A stretch of 64,000 nucleotides of DNA from Eledone cirrhosa (GCA_964016885.1 OZ024741.1:41044001-41108000); one strand, 5' to 3'. Positions 38,527 to 52,708 are shown, numbered from the stretch's first letter. Program-made: numbers and translations. The notes: a model not told the origin generated them from the sequence alone.

Positions 38527-40710
38527 TATATATATAAATATATATAAGAGATAGAATTTGACATACAGGACGGTGTGGAGTAGAAAGGTCTGGAAGCTAA
38601 AAGACTTTTCACTAAAATACAAATTTAATTAAGCCCTTCAAGATGAGTCGTATGACATAGATAATAACTGGAATTTCCTACGTGATAACTTACTGCAGGC
38701 TACTGATGAAACTTGTGGCGAGAGCAGAGCTCCAGCCAGTCAGAGAGTGACCTGGTGGTGGAACAGCACAGTAGATAGGGCCATTAGAGACAAAAGACTA
38801 GCATGGAGGGCTTGTAAAAAGGGTGGGAGTAGAGAAGGATATACAGCCGCTAAGAGAGAAGCTAGACGTCAGGTGTACTTAGCACACAGGGAGGCTGAGA
38901 GTAGGATGTTTGCCAATGTTCTGCGATGGGAAGATCAGAGGTGTGCGGTGTTCCACATTGCAAGGCAGTGTGTCAATGCAAATCAGGATGTTGCTGGAGA
39001 TAAATGTGTCCAGAATGATGCCGGAGTATTATGAGAGACTGATGAATGTGGAGAACAAATGGGAGAGAGAGAAATTACCCTCAGTAGATCCGACAGAGGG
39101 ACCAGCTATTGAGATTGACGAATATAGGGTCCAAGAGGCGATTAAGGAAATGAAAAATGGTAAGGCTGCTGGATAGTTGCTGAGATGCTAAAGGCATCAG
39201 GCGACATAGGCACTAAACTGGTTGCATGCATCGTCAATCATTCTATATATGGTGGTGTCATACCCAAAGACTGGTGCAGCAATATTTTCATAAATTGCTA
39301 CAAAGGTAAAGGGGAGGCTCTGGAGAGGAGCAATTATAGGGGTATAAAACTGATGAATTAGGTTATGAAAGTGGCAGAAAGGATATTAGCACAACTAATT
39401 AGAGAAAGGGTCAAACTAAATGAGATGCAGTTTGGTTTTGTGCCTGGGAAAAGTACAACAGATGCCCTCTTCTTGGTGAGACAATTACAAGAGAGGTTCT
39501 TAGAGAAGAATAAGCCACTATACTTAGCCTTTGTTGACCTAGAGAAGGCCTTTGATAGGGTACCCCGATCTATCATCTGGTGGTCCCTAAGGAAACTAGG
39601 TGTTGAGGAATGGCTTGTGAGGACAGTGCAAACTTTGTACAGAGGTGCTGTCAGTAAAGTCAGTAAATTCCATATACAAGTAGGAGTGCATCAAGGTTCG
39701 GTCCTCAGCCCGCTCTTGTTCATTATAGTCCTCCAAGCCAATACAGAGGAGTTTAAGACTGGCTGTCCATGGGAACTTCTCTATGCTGACAATCTGGTTC
39801 TTATAGCAGAATCAGTAAAGAAGCTAGAGAATATATTCTGGCTAAGACAAAAGTGTTGATGAGTAGAAAAGAGGATAAAACTCTGATTCCGTCAGGGAAA
39901 TGGCCATGTTTGATATGCAGAAAAGGAACTGGCATAAATTCTATAAAATGCACACAATGCAGATCCTGGGTACACAAGAGATGTAGTGGGATAGCAGGTA
40001 AAGTAACAGGTAGGGAGAAATACATATGCAGTAGATGTACAGGGAAATTAGACAGCAGAAGTTGCATTGATAAACATATTTTTCAAATGCAGGCAGGTGC
40101 TATAGAAGTGGTGGATAGCTTTCGGTACTTAGGAGATCAGATTAGCATGGGAGGGTGTGTTCCGAGGCCATAGTATCTAGAATAAGGACGGGTTAGAAGA
40201 AGTTTAGGGAGCTGATTCCTCTGTTGACGAAGAATGGTTTCTCCCTGCGTACGAAAGGCCGGTTATATGATGCCTGTGTGAGGAGCGTGATGCTGCATGG
40301 AAGTGAGACATGGGCAGCAACTGCAGAGAATATGCGATGGCTGGAGATAAATGAGGCAAGCATGCTCCATTGGATGTCCAATGTCAATGTGCGTGAATGA
40401 GCCAGCCTGGATGTGTTGAGAGAGAAACTGTGTTTGAGAGGGATAGAATGTAGTGTGCAAGAGAGGAGATTGCGCTGGTATGGACATGTGATGCGCATGG
40501 AGGATGACCGATGGCTGAAGAAGTGCCAGGAAATGCCAGTTGAAGGAAGTCGTGGTAGAGGTAGACCACGAAAAACATGGGCGGAGGTGGTAAGAACAGA
40601 CCTCAGATTGCTGAAGCTCATGGTGGAGATGACGAAGGACCATGGCAAGTCGAGAGATGCTGTGCTGCAAGCAAGGAAAAGCGGATGTAAAATGATGATG
40701 ATGATGATAA
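38527..40710 (+). mobile_element. RTE subfamily C, degenerate (stops, deletions)
   Basis: TWWWN, MQFGFVPGKSTTDALF, FVDLEKAFD, YADN, PHD-like Cys motif, GRPRKTW. Confidence 0.93.
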
Positions 40711-40740
40711 ATATATATATATATATAAATATATATATAT

Positions 40741-41074
40741 AGGCACATGGCTTAGTGGTTAGAGCATTGGCCTTGCAATCGAAAGGTTGTGAGTTCAATT
40801 CTCAGACAGGGTGATGTGTTGTTTCCTTGAGCAAGACACTTTATTTCACATTGCTCCAGTTTACTCAGCTGTAGAAATGAGATGATAGGGACTGGGGTCC
40901 ATATCATTCCACTGCAAAGTGGTTGTGTAGGTGCCACGGCAAAAAAGCACCCAGCACTCACTGTAAATGAGGTTGGTGTTAGGAAGGGCATCCAGCTGTA
41001 GAAATCAAGCTAGAATCAGTTCCCGTCCCACCCTTGCAAGCAGGGAAAAAGCGGACGTAAAGTGAAATGATGAT
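40741..41074 (+). mobile_element. Full tRNA/CORE-like SINE with RTE-derived tail
   Basis: Same family as 29652-30044. Confidence 0.85.
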
Positions 41075-42179
41075 ATATATATATATTAATTAATAAGCAA
41101 AAGGAAATAATGAAAAAAAAATTATAATAAAATAATACAAATAAAGATATCAAGGAAATAATAGTAAAATAAAAACAAAAAAAATAAATGTAAAGAAAAA
41201 AAGGAAAACACAAATAAAAGAGTAAAAATAACAAACAAACATGAAGAAAAGAAAACTTAATAATAGAAACGATATTAAAGATTGAACGAAGTGATGAGAT
41301 AGATATGTCTGATGTAATATTAGGGTAATGTTAAAATTGGATGGTTACATCAGAACGTGAAGAACTAAAAGAAACATGAATTGACAATCAATTGTTATTA
41401 GAACCTATCAATATATATGTGTGTGTGTGTGTGTATATATGTATATATATATATATGCACATATACAAACATATGTGTGTACATATACATATATATGTGT
41501 GTTGTGTGTGTGTATATATATATATGTCTGGTGTGTGTATGTTATGTATGTGTATATATATACATACACACATCTATATTTATATATTCATACATACATA
41601 TATTTCTATGTGTATTTATAAACTACATGTATAAATATATATATATATTATATGTATAAATATATATACAGTATATGCATAAATATATATACAGTATATG
41701 CATAATTATATACATGTGTACCAAAAATATATATATACATACATGCATACAAACAAACATACACACATATACACTAAACACTCATAGACACAAGCATACA
41801 TACATACACACAACACTACAAGATAGAGAAAAGAAACATGTTCTTATGTTCTTTCTGTCAGAGAGTTCCGTCTATTTGGAAGATGAAGGAAGTCAATATT
41901 GGATATTTTAATTTCATGTTTCTTATTTACTTCTACTGTTCTGTTATTAGAATGAAGCTTCATGATTGTGAAGATATTTTTAGTGAGAGAATGGTGATGG
42001 TGGTTAGAGTAGAGCAGGGGAGGCATTAGCTGTAGTTTGAACAGTTTTTTTTAACTCTAGCTAGTACAATTTTGTGTCTATCTACATCAGGCTCTAGCTA
42101 ACACAGTCTGTGTCTATCTCTATCTAGAAGAGTCTCTAGCTGGCATAGACTTCAACTTCTAATTTACCATGCTTTCAGA

Positions 42180-42802
42180 CACTTAACACCAACCAATAAA
42201 ACTGAAATATGCTGTGACTTGATGATCCTCTGTACTTGAGACAGATCTTGACATTAACTCCCTATGCTCTTAGTCATTTAATACCAATGAAACTGTGATA
42301 AGTCTGCTAGCCTAATGAGCCCCTGTGCCTGTGACAAACCATAATTTTAACTTATTATACTGTCATTTAACCCCAAGGAAACTGAGATAAGCTCCAATCT
42401 GATGAGCCTTTTGGCCTGGGACATATTTGAATCAACTTTTAACATATTACTCTTTTAGTTGCTTAATGCTAATGGAACTAGATAAGCTCCACTCTCTTGA
42501 GCTTCTGTACCTGGGACAGACATAAATTTTAACATTACTTTCTCAGTTGCTTAACACCAATGAATGAAACTGGAATAAGTTCTGGCCTAATGATTCTCTA
42601 AGCTTGGGACAGATCTTAACTTTAACTTACTATACTTTCAGTTGAGATCAATGGGACTAGGATAAGTGCCACCTGGTTAAGCTTCTGGGTTTGAGACAAA
42701 CTTTTAACTTACTATTCTCTCAGTCACTTAAAACCAACAAAACTGGGATAACCTCAACCTTGATGAGCCTTGGGACAGACTTAAAAGTTTAACTTACTAT
42801 GA
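42180..42802. repeat. Degenerate ~90-bp tandem repeat (~7 units)
   Basis: Recurring taac.ccaa.gaaactg.gataag...tgatgagcc...tgggacaga...ttaacttactat. Confidence 0.75.
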
Positions 42803-43143
42803 ATTAATGAAATCAAAATAAAATTTAATTGTTGCTGGAATGCTACCTGATAAAATAAAATTTCGCTGGGGGGGTTGAAAAAAAATTAAAAAATTAAATA
42901 AGAGTGTGGGGTGGGGACGATTATTCGAGACCCGACAGTATATGATCTAATAACCAACTCCTCTTCAGAACCATTGAAAACACCAATAAAATGTTTGTCT
43001 AATATTCGTCTTAACTTGGGTCAAAAGTAAAGAAATTACCAATGGAAAAAGAAAGATGAATGTGTTTATGTGTGTATATACGCATATGTGTGTGTTAATA
43101 AAACATATAATTTACTATCATATATTATACACACAGACACAGG

Positions 43144-43175
<32 letters not shown>

Positions 43176-43184
43176 AATAAATAT

Positions 43185-43470
43185 CTAAAAAGTCTAAAGT
43201 CTATCCTAAGCCAGAAGGCTCATTATGCCGGTGCTTATTCCAGTTTTATGGAGAGCAGCAACTGAGAGTACAATACTTCCCCCTGGACACGACGCCAGTC
43301 CATCGCAGGGTTAAAGCCCCAGCTATTGCTGGTAGTCATTTTCAGCTGAATATACTGGAGCAACATGAAATGAAGTGTTTTGCTCAAGAACACAACACGC
43401 AACTTGGGAATCAAACCCACAACATGATGGTCATAAGTCCAACACCATTACCACTAGACCACATGCCTCC
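43185..43470 (-). mobile_element. tRNA/CORE-like SINE
   Basis: Reverse complement ggcatgtggtctagtggtaa...gtgttcttgagcaaaacacttcatttcatgttgctccag; (TTTAGAC) tail. Confidence 0.8.
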
Positions 43471-43476
43471 ACTATA

Positions 43477-43508
<32 letters not shown>

Positions 43509-43572
43509 CATATACCCATGCTAGCGTAGAAAATGGACGTTAAACGAAGATGATGATGATATATACACTTAG

Positions 43573-43639
<67 letters not shown>

Positions 43640-43642
<3 letters not shown>

Positions 43643-44499
43643 GGTGCGGACGATATTTGTTTGCAATTTTCAACTGCTAATTTTATGCAAATTTTTTTAC
43701 TTCTGTTGTCACTCTTGTCTTCATAAAAACAGTGACTATATTTCCATTATTTATTTTCAGAATAATTGATTATGAATAATTTTGAACCTCTAAATTTGTG
43801 GAAGAGACACGGAGTTCTTCTTGAAATCCGCGCTGGAATCAACTTCCAGGACAACAGGTGGCTCGCTGTCTCATCCAAAGACGTGCCCAGAGTCATACAG
43901 ACAAAGTTTCCAGCGACAACATTGGTCTTAGGTGTCGTCAGCAGTCGAGGTGGCATCATGCCACCTCACTTCTTCCCTGAGGGCCTCAAGCTGAACACCG
44001 ATGGCTACATCCGCGTTCTGAGCAAGGTAGTAAAGTCCTGGATCGACCAGGTAGCTGCAGGTAGGCTGTATGTGTGGCAGCAAGACTCAGTGCCCTGCCA
44101 TACCAGCCGAAAGACCCAAGCCTGGCTGTCAGAGAACTTCATCGACCACACTTCATCTGACATTTGGCCTCCCAGCTCGCCTGACTACAACCACCTCGAC
44201 TTCTTTGTGTGGGGCGCAGCGGAACGAGACACCAACAGATCTAGCTGCAATACGAAAGATGATCTGAAGACCAGGATCACAAGTGCCTTTAAGGGCCTAA
44301 GTCGGGGGACAGTGACAAAGGCCTGTAGCCGATTTCGAGGCCGCCTTGAGGCCGAATGGCAGGTTTATTGAGTGAGATCGAAAGAACAAGTCATGAAGAC
44401 AAACTGACCCAAGTTTGATAAATATATCTTAAAAAATAAAACTACTGTGTTATTTTTTCCTAGACAGTAATCTTGCGAACAGATGTTGTCCGCAACCTG
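43640..44499 (+). mobile_element. Internally deleted Tc1/mariner element, DD37D (maT) family
   Basis: Imperfect TIRs cagggtgcggacgatatttgtttgcaa / ttgcgaacagatgttgtccgcaacctg in TA. ORF 43766..44371 has WQQD...WPPSSPDYNHLD with 37 residues between the 2nd and 3rd Asp; N-terminal domain missing. Confidence 0.9.
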
Positions 44500-44553
44500 T
44501 ATATATATATATATATACACAATTAGCTTTATCTGTCAATATCAATACATACC

Positions 44554-44587
<34 letters not shown>

Positions 44588-44895
44588 CACACACACATAT
44601 ATATCTAGGTATGCATTGATATTGACAGATAAAGCTAATTGAATTTCAGTTAAAAAGACGGAAATCTCCACCCTTGCTGTTTTCAACAATGTATTGGAGC
44701 AGACAGACAGACACACACACACATACATAGAGTTATGCACAAACATACAGAGAACAAAAATACAGAAGACCAAAAACAAAACACTCCCTAGCAATCAGTT
44801 CTCGTTTAGGAGACTCGAGCAAAATGTCAGCAGAGGCCTGAAGAGATGTGAAATATTTTAGACTTCCCAATGTGAAGATTATGTATATATATACT

Positions 44896-44944
<49 letters not shown>

Positions 44945-44974
44945 TTAGATATATATACTTATATATATATATAC

Positions 44975-45006
<32 letters not shown>

Positions 45007-45061
45007 TTATATATAGAGAGCGATACAAACACACACACATATATATATATACACACACACA

Positions 45062-45137
45062 CAGGGTGTCCCAAAAATGTATACACACATCAACATCACT
45101 CTAATAAATATATGTATACATTGTTTTGGACACCCTG
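45062..45137. mobile_element. Tiny mariner-type MITE relic
   Basis: cagggtgtcccaaaaatgtatac...gtatacattgttttggacaccctg inverted ends. Confidence 0.6.
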
Positions 45138-45139
45138 AT

Positions 45140-45170
<31 letters not shown>

Positions 45171-45282
45171 GTGTATATATGTAGATGTATACACACAACA
45201 TATATACATAAATACTATTATAATTCTTCTTTACCCAGACAACAATAATTCTTTATATATAAAATACATTATTTATACCACA

Positions 45283-47352
45283 TAGAGGGTCGGACGCCAT
45301 GCTTTGACGCAAAGAGTTACGGCCTTTTCCATTATGAGTTCAAATCCCGCCGAGGTTAACTTTACTTTTCATCCTTACGGGGTCGATAAAATAAAGTACC
45401 AGTAATACACTGGGTAATTGCTGGCCTTGTGCCAAAAGTAGAAACAATTATTTATACCACATCCCAAGTACTAGACCATTCAGACGGTTCCTTTCGTGTT
45501 GACATACACCAACAAAAACTGCATTTTTTTATTTTGTTTATTTAGCTATATACATGTGTCTGTGTGTATGTGTATAAGTATGTGTGTGCTGTGTGTGTAA
45601 GTATGTATGTATATGTGTGCTGTGTGTAGGTATGTATGTTTGTATGTAAGTGTGCTGTGTGTATGTATGAATGTATGTATGTACATGTGTGTGTATGTGG
45701 ATATATATGTATGTATGTGTGTGTATGTGTGTATGCATGTTTCTCTCTTAATTTTGTGTACATTTTTGACCAGCCATCTTCCTGGTGACAATGTTGTAAA
45801 AGAAAAGAAATTGTCATCCCATGAATCGCAAGAATATTTTGCAAATTTTGAAGGTGCCAGTTAACACAGCCATTTGTAGTCTATGAATTACGGAGCTGGG
45901 CTCTTTGTCCACAAATCTAAGTTCAGTTATACTTTGGTCCAAGCGGGCTGGTATATAACCTGTCGCTCCAATAATGAGGGGTATGAAGCTAAAGGTGTAT
46001 CTTGGATAATGGATCTGCAAACTCCTCATCAATGGTCCATAGATGTCCTCCTCCTCTTGTATTTTTCTTACAACTGATCTCTACAACAGATCACATTCTC
46101 AATGTGTGGTCCCAAATAATGATATCAGGCCGGTTGTGCTTTAATTTGGTTGCAGTTTTTATTTTCAGGTTCCACCAGTATTCTTTAGTGCCACCTATCT
46201 CAACATATTCCTCCTCATTGGGTTTTTAATTTTGTTTTCCCAAGTGCACTCCAAATGGTTCTAGCTATCACATCGTGTCTCATAGGGAGAACATTGAATA
46301 GGATCTTCCAATTTCCCTGGGAGAGAGATTTATATCAGGCCTTATTCCATATCTCTCCTCCAGATCAGTTGCTATCTTAATGATATTATTTCTTTGAGGA
46401 GAGTCGGACGCCATGCTTTCTAGCATAGTTACGTTTCTTTACATTCTGAGTTCAAATCTCGCCGAGGTTAACTTTGCCTTTCAACCTTAAGGGGTCGATA
46501 AAATAAAGTACCAGTAATGCACTGGGATAATTGCTGGCCTTGTGCCAAAAGTAGAAACAATTATTTCCTTCATGCTGATAGACCTGTATGTATTTATGTA
46601 TGTATGTGTGTGTATATATGCGTGTATGTATATGTATGTATGCATGCAGGTATATATGTGCATGTATGTATGTATGTGTGTGTTTGTGTGTGAGCATGTA
46701 TATATTTTTGATATTTTCCAGTTCTTTTCAACAGTTTGGTATCTTCTAAATGGAATCAATATCTTTCTCTCTTTATTCATTTTCCTCTATGTCTTTTCTC
46801 CCTTCATCTATTATTAATATTATTATTATTATTATTATTATAGCAGTATTGATAGAGCGTCAGACAACATGCTTTGCAGCATAGAGTTATGGCCCTTTAC
46901 GTTCTGAGTTCAAACCTCACAGGTTAACTTTGCCTTTCATCCTTACAGGGTCGATAAAATAAAGCACCAGTAATGCACTGGGATAATTGGTGGCCTTGTG
47001 CCAAAAGTTGAAACAATTATTATTATTAAATTGATTTTGTTGTGTATTTTCAGTCAATTTATTGTAATACCCTCCCCCCACTCAATGTCCCTTTCTTTTT
47101 TATTGTTCTCTATAAGTTGGCCCTGGTGGCTTGAAATCATTATTTTGGCAGTATCGGTAGAGGGTCGGACGCCATGCTTTCTAGCATAGTTACGTCCCTT
47201 TATAATCTGAGTTCAAATCCCGTCAAGGTTAACTTTGCCTTTAATCATTACGGGGTCGATAAAATAAAGTACCAGTAATGCACTGGGGTCGATTTAATCA
47301 ACTTCCCCTACCCCAAAATTGCTGGCCTTGTGACTATATAAGAAATCATTAT
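45283..47352 (+). mobile_element. Four Meta-like SINE copies (45283-45452, 46400-46565, 46843-47020, 47147-47352)
   Basis: Family body sequence as at 12808. Confidence 0.85.
45790..46290 (-). mobile_element. Degenerate RLE-type non-LTR retrotransposon 3' end
   Basis: Manual translation: RHDVIARTIW, KHNRPDIIIWD, FIPLIIGATGYIP. Confidence 0.75.
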
Positions 47353-47364
47353 TATTAATTTCCA

Positions 47365-47796
<432 letters not shown>

Positions 47797-48008
47797 ATTC
47801 AGCAGTGGCTGTTTGGAATAGTAAGGTTCAGGTCAACAATGATTTTCATAAATCTTGCCAAAAACTTATGACTACCAAGTTACACAGGTTACAAAGAAAA
47901 ACAGAACAAAACAAAAAACTTTGCAATCTAAAGTAAAAGATATACCAAGGTGTGTACATGTATGTATGTGTATATATTTCTCTCTCTCTCTCTATATATA
48001 TATATATA

Positions 48009-48892
48009 GAAAAGAGGACAATACTCTGAGTAGAAAAGAGGACAATACTCTGATTCCGCCAGGGAAATGGCCATGTTTGATATGCAGAAAAGGAACTGGC
48101 ATAAATTCTATAAAATGCACACAATGCAGATCCTGGGTACACACGAGATGTAGCGGGATAGCAGGCAAACTAACAGGTAGGGAGAAATACGTATGCAGTA
48201 GATGTACAGGGAAATTAGACAGTAGAAGTCGCATTGATAGACACATTTTTCAGATGCAGGAGAGCGCTATAGAAGTGGTGGATAGCTTCCGGTACCTAGG
48301 AGATCAGATTAGCATGGGAGGAGGGTGTTCCGAGGCCATAGTATCTACAATAAGGACGGGTTGGAAGAAGTTTAGGGAGCTGCTTCCTCTGCAGATGAAG
48401 AAGGGTTTCTCCCTGCGTACGAAAGGCTGGTTATATGATGCCTGTGTGAGGAGTGCGATGCTGCATGGTAGTGAGACATGGGCAGCAACTGCAGAGGATA
48501 TGCGACGGCTGGAGAGAAATGAGGCAAGCATGCTCCGTTGGATGTGCAGTGTAAATGTGCGTGAACGACCCAGCATAAATGTGTTGAGAGAGAAACTGTC
48601 TGAGAGGGATAGAATGTAGTGTACGGGGGAGGAGACTGAGGTGGTATGGTCATGTGATGCGCATGGAGGATGACCGATGGGTGAAGAAGTGCCAGGAATT
48701 GCCAGTTGAAGGAAGACGTGGTAGAGGTAAACCATGAAAAACATGGGCGGAGGTGGTGATAACAGACCTCAGATCATTGAAGCTCACGGTGGAGATGACG
48801 AAGGACCGTGACGAGTGGAGAGATGCTGTGCTGAATAAGACCCGTCCCACCCTTGCAAGCAGGGAAAAGCAGACGTAAAATGATGATGATGA
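48009..48892 (+). mobile_element. RTE subfamily C 3' fragment
   Basis: PHD-like Cys motif, FRYLGD, MLHGSETWA; (GAT)n tail. Confidence 0.92.
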
Positions 48893-48898
48893 TATATA

Positions 48899-49198
48899 TC
48901 ACGCAGTAATACAGAGTACCCGACCTCCCATGGGTACAAGCTGAAGCATATAGACAATATGCCCCCACACCCTCCCACTGCAAAGTGGTCGTGGAGGTGC
49001 CACGGCAAAAAAGCACCCAGCACTCACTATAAATGAGGTTGGTGTTAGGAAGGGAATCCAGCTGTAGAAATCAAGCCAAAATCAGTTCCTGTATGAGCAA
49101 GGCATGGTCAGCCGACCAGACACTGCCCACAACAGGAAAACCCGTCTAACCCATGATAGCATGGAAGAACGGACGTAAAACGGTGATGATGATGATGA

Positions 49199-49200
<2 letters not shown>
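48899..49200 (+). mobile_element. RTE subfamily A 3' end
   Basis: Reverse complement of 54150-54490 with one internal repeat unit fewer. Confidence 0.85.
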
Positions 49201-49233
<33 letters not shown>

Positions 49234-49247
49234 TGTATAATAATAAT

Positions 49248-49425
49248 AATTGTTTCTACTTTAGGCACAAGGCCAGCAATTACCCAGTACATTACTGGTA
49301 CTTTATTTTATCGACCCCGTAAGGATGAAAGGCAAAGTTAACCTAGAACTCAGACTGTAAAGGGACGTAACTATGCTAGAAAACATGGCGTCCAACCCTC
49401 TACCGATACTGCCAATTCACCGCCC
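49248..49425 (-). mobile_element. Meta-like SINE
   Basis: Family sequence. Confidence 0.85.
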
Positions 49426-49444
49426 TAGGTATAATAATAATAAT

Positions 49445-49680
49445 GAAATTATTTTGTACAGTGCTCAGGTGCACTACAACTCATCAAAGGTGCATATATA
49501 GTACATAGAATAATATACAAATGTCAGGGAAGTGAAAAGTGTATGAGTCATGATATACATGTGTGCGTGTGTATGGAGGGGGAATATTAGGTGTAGTGTT
49601 GACGAATCCCAGGAAGCATGGAGGTTTTAAAGGATGCAGTGTCTCGACAGCTAACAACTGATGCAGGTAGTTTGTTCCAT
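49445..49680 (-). mobile_element. CR1-type LINE extreme 3' end
   Basis: Reverse complement translates [18 protein letters not shown], a typical CR1 C-terminus. Confidence 0.8.
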
Positions 49681-49754
49681 ATATATATATATATATATAT
49701 TTTTTTTTGGCTGTATTACATTACAGTCAAGCAAACAATCACAGAGTTTTAGTA

Positions 49755-49830
<76 letters not shown>

Positions 49831-50384
49831 TAAAACTCTGTGATTGTTTGCTTGACTGTAATGTAATACAGCCAATAAGGCGCATAAAGGGGAAAATACT
49901 TTGAAAAGAAGTTGCCCCTGAAATGGGAATACAATGGTATAAAACAAGTCTTGTGTAAATCAAAGCACGGGTTCCCGAGATACGGGGTTTTCTGGATAAC
50001 TTCATAAAGAGAGAGAGAGAGAGAAGGATAGAGAGAAAGATATAAATAAGATATATATATGTAAGTGTGTGTGCATATATATATGTGTGTGTGTCTATGA
50101 CCAGTGTATATAGATCCCAGACACCCACATATATATACACATACACACATATATATGTATACAAACACACACATCTATAATATATATATATATATACATA
50201 CACATACGTATATATATATGAGCCTTCCAGTTTCATTTCACATTTTATACATGTCTGTGTATATCTTAATTATTTAAAAATTATTTTTAAGTGAACGTAA
50301 CCCAACATGTCACAAGTGGTCTAGTATATATATTTGTGTGGAAGATGGATGTTAAATGATGATGATATATATATATATATATAT

Positions 50385-50840
50385 AAGCAAGAAAGTAAGT
50401 GTTGGTAAAATCCAGTACTTCAGTATGCGGATAGGGAGCACTCAACGAAGATATAAGTTCCGGAGTTATAATAGTGACGAAACATAAGTCAATTGCATGA
50501 ACTCATAATCCTTTATTTACTGCTATATATATTTCGATGATAGCCATTGAATGGCTATGACCTCATCAGGCAGTTAGTCAGTTCTTAGATATGCCAGCTA
50601 TCTGTTTATAGTGTTGATGGTATCAGAGCCTTGGGACATATGAGCTTGTTAGGAATAATTTAATGTTGTCAGCAGAAATAGTCTTAATTCTCATTGGTCA
50701 GGTTGTAGATGCTGTGGTATTTGACCTCAAAGAGGCAGGTGGTGTTGTAAAGTTCAGACCGTCATATGGAACTATTGTCATCTTGCCTGACGGTTTGAAC
50801 TTTACCACACCACCTGTTCATGCAATTGACTTAGGTTTCG

Positions 50841-50846
<6 letters not shown>
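50385..50846 (-). mobile_element. PLE-pLTR-like unit with internal inversions
   Basis: 50470-50600 is the reverse complement of 29376-29505; hairpin at 50735-50815; 50817-50846 inverts 50470-50501. Confidence 0.75.
50519..50574 (-). ncRNA. Type I hammerhead ribozyme motif
   Basis: Same as the 29402 copy but with a canonical G10.1-C11.1 pair (…AUC-GAAA). Confidence 0.88.
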
Positions 50847-50873
<27 letters not shown>

Positions 50874-50877
<4 letters not shown>

Positions 50878-52706
50878 TCATCATCAACGTTTAACGTCCG
50901 TGTTCCACGCTTGCATGGGTTTGGACGGGGGTAGTCCCACTTGAGGCAAGAGTGATTGTCTTGCTCGCATAGGACTGTCTGGCAGGTTTTCTACAGTTGG
51001 ATGCCCTTCCTAACACCAACCACATTTACAGTGTGGGTCTGGGAGGTTTTTACCGTGTTACCTACACGGCCACATTACAGCGTGGACTGTGTGTTTTTTG
51101 TCGTGACACCTACACGATCTCATTTGTTTCGGCCTCGATGGCGCGGCACCAACATAACTTTACATAGAACGGGGTGGTGTATTTTGTTAGAGATGCCTAC
51201 TGGCTGGAGTAGGTTTTACTATATATTTAGGTAAGGCGGGTCTTCTCTGTTACTGAGTACCGCCAAAGGTCTCGGTCCAGTGACATTGTCTTGGAGAGGT
51301 GTAAGTGTGTGATGTCGGAGTTTATCAGCTCGTCCCAGGTTTTTCTAGGTCTGCCTATTCCGTGACTACCGTCTATCTTTATTGCCCTGCACTTTGTTAT
51401 ACAGATATCGACTTTCATGCGCATCATGTGTCCATACCAACGTAGCCTTCTCTCGAGTAAACAACATCTGATCCCTCTTATCTTTAATTTTTTCCTTAGT
51501 TCGTTTATGCTTTGCCGTTCACGTATATTACTGTTACACATCCAGCGGAGCATGCAAGCTTCGTTCCTCTCTAGTCTGCGTATATCCTCTGCACACAATG
51601 CCCAGGTCTCACTGCCATGCAGCATTGCTGTTCGTATGCAGGCATCGTACAACCTGCCTTTCATTTTTAGGGAGAACCCTTTAGCAGCTAATAGTGGTAT
51701 AAGCTCTCTGAACTTTTTCCAACCAGTTCTGACTCTAGCTACAGTACTTTCGGAGCACCCTCCCCCACTGCTGATTTTATCGCCCAGGTAACGGAAGCTG
51801 TCCACTATTTCTATAGAACCCTCTGCGCAGTTGAAAGAGCTAGTATTTTGTGGGCACTTGCTGCTACTTATTGCACCAGAACACCGGCCACATGTAAAAT
51901 CTATGTTCTTAGTTAGCTTACCTGTGATCCCACTACATCTTTTATGCACCCATACTTTGCATTTAGGACATAAAATGGAGTTTCTACCTACGCCTTTCCT
52001 ACACACCGAGCACGGCCATTTCCCAGAAGGGACCGCCGCCTTGTTTTCTTTCCTACAAACTAGAACTTTGGTCTTAGCCAGGTTAATTTTAAGTCCTTTT
52101 GACTCTAGGCCGTGCTTCCATGTTTGGAATTTCTTCTCTAGCTCGGCCATTGATTCCGCTATGAGTGTCAGGTCGTCTGCGTATAGGAGTTCCCATGGGC
52201 AGCCGGTCTTGAACTCCTCTGTTATAGCCTGAAGGGCAATAATAAATAGTAGGGGGCTGAGAACAGAGCCCTGATGGACGCCAACTTTTACGCTAAACTC
52301 TTCACTATATTCGTTGTTAATTCTAACCTTGCTGACTGTTTCTTTATACATGGCTTGTATAGACCTCACAAGCCATTCGTCAACGCCTAGTTTTCTAAGA
52401 GCCCACCAGATAATGGAGCGGGGGACTCTGTCGAAGGCTTTCTCCAAGTCGACAAAAGCTAAGTAGAGGGGTTTACCTTTAGCTAGGTACTTCTCCCGTA
52501 GTTGTCGTACTATGAAAAGAGCGTCTGTGGTACTTTTGCCTGACACAAACCCGAACTGCATTTCATCTAGGTCAATTCTCTCTCTGATTAGTTGCGCTAT
52601 TACTTTTTCCATGACCTTCATGACCTGGTCGAATAATTTAATGCCTCTATAGTTACTCCTATCTAGGGCGTCTCCTTTACCCTTATAACAGTTAACGATG
52701 ATGCTG

Positions 52707-52708
<2 letters not shown>
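50874..52708 (-). mobile_element. RTE subfamily B, 5'-truncated (ORF 51227..52621)
   Basis: Uninterrupted RT + PHD-like insert + C-terminus; YADD. Confidence 0.96.

Noticed and set aside
40741-40815. tRNA gene
   Set aside because: A/B boxes are present but run into SINE bodies; these are tRNA-derived heads, not tRNAs.
44833-44867. gaggc-ctgaaga-gatgt-gaaa-tattt-ta-gacttc hammerhead-like string
   Set aside because: Stem II is missing and stem I is mismatched; at best a dead relic, so not counted.
50620-50735. Possible selenocysteine-type PLE C-terminus (TGC TGA on the minus strand)
   Set aside because: The frame is too degraded and no SECIS is recognisable; the TGA is more simply a decay mutation.
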